The notes under the pieces: model-generated
Told to the model about the DNA's origin: nothing
The model's database searches: none
The model's input: the letters and a program-made list of their open reading frames with translations, nothing else
Shown: in pieces, positions 26,657-35,857 of the stretch
How the letters are laid out: every line of letters begins with the position of its first letter
Position numbering within the stretch: position 1 is the first letter of the stretch
Translations under genes and position numbers: made by a program
NCBI GenBank assembly: GCA_016180285.1
Contig: JACPBO010000022.1
Coordinates: 1 to 37,733 of the forward strand
Reading direction: 5' to 3'
DNA from: Candidatus Woesearchaeota archaeon
Lineage (GTDB): Archaea > Nanobdellota > Nanobdellia > Woesearchaeales > JACPBO01
DNA: 37,733 nt

Positions 26657-28228
26657 ATGAGCAAAGTAAAGGTAAATCCAGACATAGTTGAAAAATATAG
26701 GCGATACTACAGGAATGAAGTTAATGATGGTTTTAAAGATGTAATCATTTCAAAAGACTACGATGACATATTGCACCTTCCATCATTAGATACGCTTGTT
26801 ATTCTAAATTCCTTTGTTGAATGCTGGGCTATTTATGGTGCTGTATATGAAACTTTAAAAGATTATTTCTCACTCAGTGATGGAAAGTTTGGTCAAAAAG
26901 ACCACATGAAATTAAATATGGTTTCAATGTTTGCCGGAATGTTAAGCGGGTATAATTTCATTAACAAACAGATACCGGATGATGTCCCTGTTCAGGCAAT
27001 TAGTGTTAATTATACAAGCACAAATCCTTTTTTCGATGCAAAAAATTTATGCACCGGTGTAATAAGGCGCAAAGTTCCTCAAAGTTCTAAAGAGATAGCC
27101 TTGATTATGAAAGTTTTCTACAATAGCGTTCTTAATGACATCCTCAAAAAGAAAGCAGAATACCCTGACCTTGACGCGCGGATGAATGAGCTCTGCCCGA
27201 TACAGGTTAATGGGCTTGAAATTACCGGCTTTACAACCCAGCAGATTGCAGCTCCGCAGCTTGAATTTTCAACAGAGTGGTCTGAGCTTGTCGGCGTGGA
27301 CAATGCAGCCAAACTGCTTTCAAAATACAGCTCTCAACTTTTTCTTTACGATCCCGAAGAATGTGATAACTTTGAAAAAAAGCTCATACCATGGACAATT
27401 CTTCTTTATGGCCCGCCTGGAACAGGCAAATCCTCTATTGCAATGGCCATGGCAACGCAGATGCAGCGTTATTCAAAAGCATATGGAATTCCTTTCTCAT
27501 TTACACTAATAGATGGTGCTGTAAAAAGCGAATGGTTTGGAAAATCAGGAGCAATATTAAGGGAAAAGCTGCAGGATGACCCCAAAAAAGTAAGCCTTAA
27601 GGTAATTGATGATATTGACATGGTATTTCAAAGCAGAGAAGATCTTAATCCAAGTCCAGCTCAGAAAGAAATTTCACAAGTTCTAATGTCTTACATTTCA
27701 GGAATAGGCACAGGGTACAAGGGCAATACTTTGCTTGTAATGACAACCAATTGTAAGACAAAAGCAGCAATTGATCCAGCTGTTTTGAGCAGAACTAAAA
27801 AAATGATTAAAATATTGGGTCCTGTAAAATCATCTGACTACATAAAGTTAATGCAAATTAAAACTAATGATTCCTTAACCAAGCCATTTGTAAAGTTATC
27901 TGCAGATGATTATGTCAAGATTGGCGCGCATTGTGAGGGAAATCGCCCTTATGAGGAGAATCGCCCTTATGAGGAGAATCACCCTCATGAGGAGAATTAC
28001 ACTCATGAGGAGAATCACTTTTCAGGCCGCGATATAGATAATATTGTCTCAATTATGTTGAACTACATAGTCCCAGAAGGCCCAGTCCCAATTGAGTACG
28101 GAAGATTGAGCAAAGAAGAGCGAAAACAAGCCAGAATAAGAACTTATAGGCCAATAGATATGAACATATGCTCAAAATTATTTAAAGAATATACAGAAAG
28201 CAGACAGGAGGAATTTAAAGGGCTTTGA
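26657..28228 (+). CDS. Classic-clade AAA ATPase (single module, Cdc48/Vps4/PAN-like)
   Basis: Walker A GPPGTGKS, pore loop SEWFGKS, Walker B VIDDID, sensor-1 TTN, SRH IDPAVLSR, FSGRDI; AGGTGA RBS before ATG 26657. Confidence 0.9.
   Translation: MSKVKVNPDIVEKYRRYYRNEVNDGFKDVIISKDYDDILHLPSLDTLVILNSFVECWAIYGAVYETLKDYFSLSDGKFGQKDHMKLNMVSMFAGMLSGYNFINKQIPDDVPVQAISVNYTSTNPFFDAKNLCTGVIRRKVPQSSKEIALIMKVFYNSVLNDILKKKAEYPDLDARMNELCPIQVNGLEITGFTTQQIAAPQLEFSTEWSELVGVDNAAKLLSKYSSQLFLYDPEECDNFEKKLIPWTILLYGPPGTGKSSIAMAMATQMQRYSKAYGIPFSFTLIDGAVKSEWFGKSGAILREKLQDDPKKVSLKVIDDIDMVFQSREDLNPSPAQKEISQVLMSYISGIGTGYKGNTLLVMTTNCKTKAAIDPAVLSRTKKMIKILGPVKSSDYIKLMQIKTNDSLTKPFVKLSADDYVKIGAHCEGNRPYEENRPYEENHPHEENYTHEENHFSGRDIDNIVSIMLNYIVPEGPVPIEYGRLSKEERKQARIRTYRPIDMNICSKLFKEYTESRQEEFKGL
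27935..28018 (+). repeat. In-frame 18-bp tandem repeat (about 4.7 copies)
   Basis: GAGGAGAATCGCCCTTAT-type units encoding EGNRPY EENRPY EENHPH EENYTH EENH. Confidence 0.92.
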
Positions 28229-30696
28229 AATCAATGAAAATGGCAGAAGCAACAGCTGTATACGAAAAATCGCAAAATACAACGAACAGAGAAGAGCTAG
28301 TTAGAAGAATAAAGGTCAGCCCGGGCATGGATTATTATCTCGGCATTAAAAACAAGCTTCTGCAACTGAATGTTTCCGGCGTTTCGCTTGAAAATGCAAA
28401 ATTATTAAGGCAGATCGCAGATGAAATAATTCCCGATATAAGAAGAGCTGCGTCATTCCATACAGAGCCTTTTGACCCGGTTGAAAGGCAGGGCCTGGCA
28501 GAAGTAAAGGGCCTTGAATCATTAATTAAAAATGCAAGAAGAACAATGGTTGAAGTCGTCAAAAAAAATATAGAGTCCATTGAAACTTATGGAAAAAAAG
28601 AGCTAAATATCTCAGATATTGATTATCTGCAGAATTTTCCATTTGAGATCAGGGAATCAATCAGAATATTGTGTTGTGATGATGTAATAAGTGCAGCAAA
28701 AGTCAGCAATCTTGATGCAGTAATCAGCAGCATAATAAAAAATTACCATGAAAAACAAAAACAAGGCAGAGAGCTGATCAACAGCAATCTTGGCTCTTTG
28801 GCTGCAAGCCATTATTCTATTACATTAAATGACAGCACAATAAATGACAATCCCTTTGTGATGTCACCCCATTTATTGTCTTATGTTCAGGAAAGAACAA
28901 AGAATGCTGCAACAGATGAAGACAAGGCAAAAGCTGTATTTGACATGATTGTTGATTATGTAAAATATGGGGGGGACAAAAGAGGGGACAAAACTTATAG
29001 AAATGCAGATGAGACATTCAAGACAAAAGAGGGCGTTTGCGGCGAGATGGGCTATCTGTATGTTGCAGCAGCAAGGGCATCTGGCCTGAAGTCAAATATT
29101 GCCGAAGTGGATATTGATGAAAGAGGCGAAAAGGTATGCCATGCATGCGCCTCTGTCGAGCTGAATGGAAGAACTATTCTTGTTGATCCGGCATACCAAA
29201 CAATTGATGCAAAGCATAAAAAATTTAAAATAGTGACTGATGAAGAAGCAAGGGAAAAGTACAAGCTATACAACGGCTTAGAAGACAAGGTTGATGTTGC
29301 TGTAAAAGACGCTTCTATTTCAGAAGAAGAAAAAAATGATGCCGTTAAAAAATTAAAGGAGCCTGATTATCTGTTCAAGGTAAAGCAGGCTTTAGATTTG
29401 ATGATTGTAAAGGAAGATGAGGCAAAGCTCATAGCTTATCTGTCTTGCTTCAGCAGCAGATTTCCAGATTATGTTCTGCCTGTCCATGCTTTTATACAAG
29501 CGCAAAGCTCAACAGGAAAGACGCATTTGATTGATACTGTTGTTAAGCTATTCCCAGATCAGAATATTATTGCAATCAACAGGGTAAGCGATGCTGCATG
29601 GGATTATTTTAAAGAATCATTAGATGGAAAAGTAATGACAATTGAAGAATTTCATACTCTGACAGACAAAGCAATGAGAATTTTGCTTCCTAAATTATGG
29701 AAATCTGAAAAGCAAAGCAAGATTACAGTCATGGATAATGGCGAAAGAGTTACAAAATCAATCGGGCCGAAAGGACTCCCAGCGTGCTTAGCTGCTTCAT
29801 GCAAGGATTTCCCATTTGAAGTCATGAATCGCGGAATATTGGTTTCACTTGATTATTCGAGAGAACAAACCAGGCTAATTAACGAGCACAAGGCAAAAAT
29901 TAGGGCTTTCCCGCAGATGACTGAAGAAAAATTCTCAAACTTAAGCAAAGAGTATGCAGACTGTTATGTTGCAATTAAACCCTATAATAACTTTTCGCCT
30001 TTTCTCCCGATATTAAATAACTTCCTTATCGGAGGAGTAACTGATAGGAGAAACTTTGAAAAATTAGACCTATTGTCAAATGTAGTTGCCCACATTAACC
30101 AGTTTCAAAGACCCATCATTTCAATTGATGAAAAAGAAACAATACCTGTTTTGATCTCAGATATTTATATTCCATTAAGCCTGCAGAGAAAATTTTTAAT
30201 AGAAAACAGCTGCTTGGATAAGAAAGCAATTGAGCTTTACAAAGTGATCCAGGGCAATAATGGCATTTCATCAGTACAATTAACAGAAAAGATAAGAAGC
30301 TGCGGTCCAGAAAGCTCCTTTGTTTCAGCATCGAGGAAATCTGAAAGGGAACTGCAATACGAAATTGGCTCTTATCTCGCTCAATTAAAGGACTTCAATT
30401 TCATCTCGCAGTCAGATTCAACATATTCAGTAAACCAAAGTTTAGCTTCGCGCTTTGATTTAAATGATATGACAATCAATCTGAAACCTATAGAAGATGC
30501 ACTGCACAGCTTAAACCAGCAGAGCCAGGATGCAACTGCAAAGATGGGCTTAAGCTACAATAAAGACAAGAATGGCTTTGAATGGCAGAATTATAAAGAA
30601 AATCTAGTTGATCCTTTAACAGGGGACAAACTGCTGATCAAGGTTGAAGCTTTAGATGGAAATGGAAAAATAAAGGTGGAAAGATGTAATGAATGA
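28225..30696 (+). CDS. Transglutaminase-like domain fused to P-loop AAA+-like domain and C-terminal winged helix
   Basis: Cys-His-Asp triad GVCGE / CHAC / LVDP; Walker A variant AQSSTGKT, Walker B MTIEE, MNR arginine finger; wHTH-like end. Confidence 0.8.
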   Translation: MKSMKMAEATAVYEKSQNTTNREELVRRIKVSPGMDYYLGIKNKLLQLNVSGVSLENAKLLRQIADEIIPDIRRAASFHTEPFDPVERQGLAEVKGLESLIKNARRTMVEVVKKNIESIETYGKKELNISDIDYLQNFPFEIRESIRILCCDDVISAAKVSNLDAVISSIIKNYHEKQKQGRELINSNLGSLAASHYSITLNDSTINDNPFVMSPHLLSYVQERTKNAATDEDKAKAVFDMIVDYVKYGGDKRGDKTYRNADETFKTKEGVCGEMGYLYVAAARASGLKSNIAEVDIDERGEKVCHACASVELNGRTILVDPAYQTIDAKHKKFKIVTDEEAREKYKLYNGLEDKVDVAVKDASISEEEKNDAVKKLKEPDYLFKVKQALDLMIVKEDEAKLIAYLSCFSSRFPDYVLPVHAFIQAQSSTGKTHLIDTVVKLFPDQNIIAINRVSDAAWDYFKESLDGKVMTIEEFHTLTDKAMRILLPKLWKSEKQSKITVMDNGERVTKSIGPKGLPACLAASCKDFPFEVMNRGILVSLDYSREQTRLINEHKAKIRAFPQMTEEKFSNLSKEYADCYVAIKPYNNFSPFLPILNNFLIGGVTDRRNFEKLDLLSNVVAHINQFQRPIISIDEKETIPVLISDIYIPLSLQRKFLIENSCLDKKAIELYKVIQGNNGISSVQLTEKIRSCGPESSFVSASRKSERELQYEIGSYLAQLKDFNFISQSDSTYSVNQSLASRFDLNDMTINLKPIEDALHSLNQQSQDATAKMGLSYNKDKNGFEWQNYKENLVDPLTGDKLLIKVEALDGNGKIKVERCNE

Positions 30697-33600
30697 GGCA
30701 ATTGATTCAAACAGACAGGGAGATTTATCGGATTTGAAAAAAACAAAGAGCGAGGTAGACAAAGGAATAACAGATAATGGGCCATCTCAATTGGCTGTAA
30801 ACAGAAGAAGACTTGAAGCAAGGCTAAAGAATAACAAAGTAATAGATCATTATAAAACTCTTGCTTCAAAACTAACAACATCTATAAGGTCTGAAATTCT
30901 AGATGATTTAACCACAATATTGGCCTTTCCAGAAGAGATGGAGCAAGATTTTATATGCAGAGGAAGTTTTTATTGCGCTTCTACAGACCAGCAAGTTAAT
31001 GAAGGTTTGAGTTTAATCGATAAAGTAAAAGGCAGGAAAGAAGGAATTATAAAGGAAGTTTATTCAAAATTAGAAAAAGATTTAGGCAATTTCCAGGGCA
31101 GTATTGGAAAATCATTTAAAAACCTGAATGAGCATCTATCATCATTAGACGCCTTAAAAAAGAATCTTGAAAATTATGCTAAATTCTTCAATTGGGTTGG
31201 TGATGAAGAAGCCAAGAAAAAACAGCAGTCAGTTAACGATGCAATAAAAACGATTGATAGCAGGTATTCTGATGTTAAAAAATCTGAAAATGGTTTAAAA
31301 GGCATTGCAGAATGCTTTGAAAATCAATTTTGGGATACAAGCAATATAACTGAGCTGAATGAATTAAAAAAGAAAGCATCAGATTATATGAAGCAATGCG
31401 ATTATAATGACCTTAAACTAAAATCAGCGGGCTTACTGCAGAATATTGATAGAAAACAGAAGGCAATTAGCCAGTTCAAAAGACAAAAATTTTTAGCAAA
31501 TATACCTCTCATTGGAAAACTTCCACTTAAAGAAACAGACATAAAAGAGATCCAAAGTGAGATCGACTTCAACATTGAAGAAATTAATAAATACATGCTG
31601 GAAATCCAGAAACTGCCTTCTGCACCACAAAGCATAGATGAACTGAAAAAACTTAGTTCAGTTATAGACTCCTCAAAATACAAGCCTTATTCTAATTTAC
31701 TCATATTTCAAAACGGAATAGAAAAATACCATAATGCAATAGAAAATTTAAAGGCAGCAGGGCAGGAGAAAATTGAAGCAATCAATAAAGGGCTTATCGG
31801 GGAATATGAAAAAATAAAGGCAGGCCCGATAGCGCCAAGCAGTCTCTCAGAACTTGAAAATATGCTGGCAAAGCCGCAAGATAACAGGCTTGATTGCCTT
31901 TTGCAGGCATTCGACTCATTAGGCAATTCAGAATATTCTAGAAATGCAAGAATTTTAAAATCTGAAAACGAGAAAAGGCTGAACGAACTCAAAGAAGATA
32001 AAACAAAGTTAGAAAAAGAAAAAGATGAATTAGCTGAATATTCAACAAAAGCGAAGCAACTTGAAAGAGAGGCCAAAGATAAGGATATTTTAGAGATGGG
32101 TAATGGAAATATTGTGGTATTGAAAGAGCTATTCAGTTATAATCTGCCTGATACGCAGCAGGTTCACCATGAGTTGCTTAAGTCATTGAGTGAGGATGTC
32201 AAAAAGAAGATGAACGCATTTAAATCCGATAAGGAAGTGATTAAATCAACATTAACTGAAAAATTAACAGATAAATACAATGAATTAAAAAGAGACTATA
32301 ATGGAAAAGGCAAAAATCTTGAGGAAGATATTGCAGCAGCAAAGTCTTGTGAAGAAACAACAGAAAAATTAATTTCACGTTATTCAGAAATATCTTTGCC
32401 AATACTCTCAGATTTACAAAAATTAAAGGGAATAGTTATTTCTGCTCGTGAAGAAAAAGAAAAGCTTTTATTTGCAAAGGACGAAATAATTGACAAATGC
32501 AAGATTCTTGAAGAAGTACTTGATAAGCTCGATAATCATACGAATGGTACCATTAAAAATGGCTTGGCTGCCCAGCTCAGAGAGCTAAATCCTGTTCTGT
32601 TCGATGGATATGAAGGCCCATATCTAAAGGATAATGCCAGACATTACAAGGCTCTTGTAGAAACCATACAGGAGAAGAAGCTTGAAATCGTCTGTGATGT
32701 TGAACTTAGAGATATAAGCTCAAAAGTTGAACAGAGGACAGGTGCGCTGGATAAAGACATAAGCGAATTGAAGAACGTGCAGCTTAAAACGCAGGATTTT
32801 ATTGGCAAATACAGTAAGGAATTGGCGCTTACAAAGCAAACTGAAGAAGCCAAAAATCTGCAGCAAAAGATCATGTCTTTGCTCAGTGAATACGCTTCAA
32901 TTCATGGTGCGATTGACAAAATCAACAATAACTATGACATAAGCAGCAGGCTTAAAGAATTGTCTGCAATAAAGGACAACCTTGAGCTGTCAGAGCAGGC
33001 TTTGGGCAAGATAAAGGAAATAAAAGCAGTGCAGTTTGATGGCTATGCAGCTGATAGGTTCGGCTACAGCGCAGAATTGATTGAAAAAAGGAAGAAGCTT
33101 GCTGAGGAGTTCAAACTTGAGGCATCTGAATTGCCGACACTACTGGAAAACTTGTTTAAAAAGGAATACAATAAATTAAAAGCAATTTATGAACCAAACA
33201 AAGAAGAGGTCGTATCAGACTGCAAGAAGGAAGCAACCAGATTTATGAATTTAAAACAAGAAGCACTATTGGATGATTCTGATTTTAAGCTGTTTTTGGA
33301 GGAGATTATAGAGATGGAAAAAGTATATGAAAAAAAGAAGAAAGAGACTACAGCCTTCATTACAGGTAAAGAAATAAAAGACGATGAATATGAAATGCCA
33401 TTAGTAGGTATAAAAATAAAACCTATTAAGGAGAAAACATTTCACATATTAAAGCAGAAATATTTTAATCAAAAACAGGAAAAAGACAAAGGTGCATTTC
33501 AAATATTGAAGCAGAAATATTTTGATCAAAAACAAAAAAATCAAATATCTGAGTTTGATAGAATTACAAATAGATGTTCTCTCTCGCATTTAGATTCTTT

Positions 33601-33895
33601 AACCTGCCCTGATAACCTTGAGTATATTGATCTCAGAAGCATTCTTTTAGAAAATGGCAATATTAAAGACTCTCTTAGGATTAAAAGATTTATGAGAAAA
33701 TTGGAAGATTTTGAACGTAGGGGAGAATTTGCAAACGGGAATGATATCGCTTACTTAAAAGGAATGAAAAATGTATTGGAGCAGTATATTGAAGAAAGCT
33801 CGGATGGGAATATTTCAAATGCAATAAAAATATTAAACGAATATATAATCACATCAAAAAAGCAAATAGATGAAGTATCTTGTTTGAGGTCTTGA
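30689..33895 (+). CDS. Very large all-helical/coiled-coil protein (1068 aa)
   Basis: K/E/L-rich throughout; no Walker motifs or TM segments seen; two ILKQKYF repeats near C-terminus. Confidence 0.8.
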   Translation: MNEAIDSNRQGDLSDLKKTKSEVDKGITDNGPSQLAVNRRRLEARLKNNKVIDHYKTLASKLTTSIRSEILDDLTTILAFPEEMEQDFICRGSFYCASTDQQVNEGLSLIDKVKGRKEGIIKEVYSKLEKDLGNFQGSIGKSFKNLNEHLSSLDALKKNLENYAKFFNWVGDEEAKKKQQSVNDAIKTIDSRYSDVKKSENGLKGIAECFENQFWDTSNITELNELKKKASDYMKQCDYNDLKLKSAGLLQNIDRKQKAISQFKRQKFLANIPLIGKLPLKETDIKEIQSEIDFNIEEINKYMLEIQKLPSAPQSIDELKKLSSVIDSSKYKPYSNLLIFQNGIEKYHNAIENLKAAGQEKIEAINKGLIGEYEKIKAGPIAPSSLSELENMLAKPQDNRLDCLLQAFDSLGNSEYSRNARILKSENEKRLNELKEDKTKLEKEKDELAEYSTKAKQLEREAKDKDILEMGNGNIVVLKELFSYNLPDTQQVHHELLKSLSEDVKKKMNAFKSDKEVIKSTLTEKLTDKYNELKRDYNGKGKNLEEDIAAAKSCEETTEKLISRYSEISLPILSDLQKLKGIVISAREEKEKLLFAKDEIIDKCKILEEVLDKLDNHTNGTIKNGLAAQLRELNPVLFDGYEGPYLKDNARHYKALVETIQEKKLEIVCDVELRDISSKVEQRTGALDKDISELKNVQLKTQDFIGKYSKELALTKQTEEAKNLQQKIMSLLSEYASIHGAIDKINNNYDISSRLKELSAIKDNLELSEQALGKIKEIKAVQFDGYAADRFGYSAELIEKRKKLAEEFKLEASELPTLLENLFKKEYNKLKAIYEPNKEEVVSDCKKEATRFMNLKQEALLDDSDFKLFLEEIIEMEKVYEKKKKETTAFITGKEIKDDEYEMPLVGIKIKPIKEKTFHILKQKYFNQKQEKDKGAFQILKQKYFDQKQKNQISEFDRITNRCSLSHLDSLTCPDNLEYIDLRSILLENGNIKDSLRIKRFMRKLEDFERRGEFANGNDIAYLKGMKNVLEQYIEESSDGNISNAIKILNEYIITSKKQIDEVSCLRS
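33437..33537 (+). repeat. 57-bp coding repeat (F-x-ILKQKYF-x-QKQ), 2 copies
   Basis: Near-identical DNA at 35182-35343 in the next gene. Confidence 0.9.
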
Positions 33896-33979
33896 AATAA
33901 TAATAGGTGGAATCAATATGTGTTAAAACTAATGAGTAACAAAAAATGAAAAAAACTTGCTTTCTCGTAATAAAAATCA

Positions 33980-33993
33980 GAAAAGTATATAAA
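33980..33993 (+). promoter_or_regulatory. Putative BRE/TATA promoter of the Ubl-E2 operon
   Basis: GAAAAGTATATAAA about 50 nt before ATG 34045. Confidence 0.5.
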
Positions 33994-34044
33994 CCACCTT
34001 TCTTTATCGGTATCTATCTAATAGTAAGAACAGTGGGGGGCATA

Positions 34045-35361
34045 ATGAATGGTTCCATAGAAGAGCTCATTTCAAAATCTGCAACGAGCCAAGTCGAAGT
34101 AAAAAATGAGATATGGAAATCGGGACTTAGGCAGGTTTCAGATTGGGATGAAAAATTTAATCTATTTTTTTATGGATTTGGTGAAGTGGCAAAATATAGT
34201 CTGGTTTATATGTCGGCAAATTACGAGCGTTTTTGTGATAGAATAAACGAAGTATATATTTATGATACAGGCCATATAGATGTAGAGCATATTAAACGGC
34301 AAATAAGAAAACTAAAGGTTAATCCATATTTTGGTAAAGAACAGATTGAATATAAGTTAAAAACCAAAGACCAATTTAATATTTTCTTTTTGACAGCTAA
34401 GAAGAGAGAACGAGAAGACCGTTATGATGCAGCTGAAGACAACGAGATACTAATAGACGAAATTGCACCTCTTTTTTCAGAAGACTATAAGGGAGTTGTG
34501 TGTATTGTAACAAACTTGCCTGAGATCCTCTCTTATAAATTAGCATTGAAATCAAAATTGAAGCCAGAGCAAATATTTGGTTTTGCCCACGTCGATAAAT
34601 TCAGGCTCGATAAAAAGATAGATGAATTTCTAAAAGACAAATACGGGTATACTTTTTTTACTTCAACGGCATTTTTTAAAGGTGTGCATGCAAGACCCAG
34701 ATGTATTTTTAATGGGGCAAAAGTTTTTTACAAAGATGAAGAAGGATTGAAAGATGAGTTCCTTAAAAATCTTTTTGACGAATCTGAACTTGAAGAAATT
34801 AGGCAGCAGGTAAATAAAAAACCAAAAGAGCTGTATAATCTCGCAACTAAAATAGGGACATCTCCAACTGCACTTGAAACAGGCGAGGCAATAAGTGAGC
34901 TAATATACAACATCATTATGAATACCCACTTGGTTGTTAATGTTGATCTGCCATTTAAATATAGCGGCTTTCCTCAAATGTATATTGAGTTACCTGCTTA
35001 TTTTGATAAAGGAAAACCATTGATATTAACAGATCTTCTTAAAAATTTAACTGATGAAGACAAAATGGAAGTTAATGAGTCTTTAGAAAAGTTAAATGAA
35101 CAAAACACAAATAGATTTGGGTGTATTGGTTTAGAAGAACTTGATATTGGTAATCTTGAGTCTGGTGAGACATTCGATACCACATTTTACATATTAAAAC
35201 AAAAATATTTTGATCAAAAACAGGAAAAAGACAAAGGTGCATTTCACATATTAAAACAGAAATATTTTCAAATAACAAAAAAGGATAATGCCATATTCCA
35301 AACAATAAAGCAGAAATATTTTGATCAAAAGCAGGAAAAAGATACTACTATTGAAAATTAA
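34045..35361 (+). CDS. Divergent lactate/malate dehydrogenase-like Rossmann protein with C-terminal repeats
   Basis: YGFGEVA, YIYD, TAKKR..EDRYD...N, IVTNLPEIL, IFGFAHVDKFR, GVHA follow the LDH/MDH motif order; GGGGGG RBS before ATG 34045. Confidence 0.7.
   Translation: MNGSIEELISKSATSQVEVKNEIWKSGLRQVSDWDEKFNLFFYGFGEVAKYSLVYMSANYERFCDRINEVYIYDTGHIDVEHIKRQIRKLKVNPYFGKEQIEYKLKTKDQFNIFFLTAKKREREDRYDAAEDNEILIDEIAPLFSEDYKGVVCIVTNLPEILSYKLALKSKLKPEQIFGFAHVDKFRLDKKIDEFLKDKYGYTFFTSTAFFKGVHARPRCIFNGAKVFYKDEEGLKDEFLKNLFDESELEEIRQQVNKKPKELYNLATKIGTSPTALETGEAISELIYNIIMNTHLVVNVDLPFKYSGFPQMYIELPAYFDKGKPLILTDLLKNLTDEDKMEVNESLEKLNEQNTNRFGCIGLEELDIGNLESGETFDTTFYILKQKYFDQKQEKDKGAFHILKQKYFQITKKDNAIFQTIKQKYFDQKQEKDTTIEN
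35182..35343 (+). repeat. Coding repeat F-x-(I/T)(L/I)KQKYF, 3 copies
   Basis: TFYILKQKYFDQKQEKDKGAFHILKQKYF...FQTIKQKYFDQKQEKD. Confidence 0.9.
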
Positions 35362-35375
35362 TGGAGGTAGGTAAA

Positions 35376-35855
35376 ATGGACACATTTTTGGTAATGGTGG
35401 GAATTGATACAGAACCAGATTATCAGTTAGAAACAACAATAGATGGAAGTTTCAAAGATGACACAATAACTGCCTTAGTTGATCAGTTATACACTGTAAG
35501 TAAATTGGATCCAAAGGGCCAGCACGTCATAAACAGAGTTTATAAATGGAGAAAAGACCATCTGGAACAACTAAACAAAGAAATTAGTGCAGGTCATGTA
35601 TTAAAACATCAAATGCAGCTATGGTTAAGGGCATGTAAAGGCGAAGAAGGGTGGAAAGATATTCTTTATACACATCCTGTTGTGAAAGACCTGCAAACAG
35701 GGCAAAATCGCCAAATAGTTAACCTTGATGCTAAATTGTCCGACTATATTTTTTATGACGGGGATGCAAAAAGAAATACACTAATACTTGAAGCAGCCTA
35801 TGTGCCCGTTGTAGCATCTTATTCACAACAACAGATATTAACAAAGAGGCGATAA
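35376..35855 (+). CDS. Putative ubiquitin-like (beta-grasp) protein A with insertions and C-terminal extension
   Basis: DTITALVDQL / QMQLWL / LDAKLSDY / TLILE parallel ubiquitin DTIENVKAKI / QQRLIF / DGRTLSDY / TLHLV; GGAGGT RBS; start aligns with paralog at offset 482. Confidence 0.6.
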   Translation: MDTFLVMVGIDTEPDYQLETTIDGSFKDDTITALVDQLYTVSKLDPKGQHVINRVYKWRKDHLEQLNKEISAGHVLKHQMQLWLRACKGEEGWKDILYTHPVVKDLQTGQNRQIVNLDAKLSDYIFYDGDAKRNTLILEAAYVPVVASYSQQQILTKRR

Positions 35856-35857
35856 AA

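Noticed and set aside
25512..28228. ESCRT-III/PspA plus Vps4 pair
   Set aside because: Only generic coiled coil beside a classic AAA; no MIT domain or MIM motif recognisable by eye
30689..33895. SMC/Rad50 (Wadjet- or Lamassu-like) call
   Set aside because: No Walker A/B, signature motif, hinge or zinc hook visible
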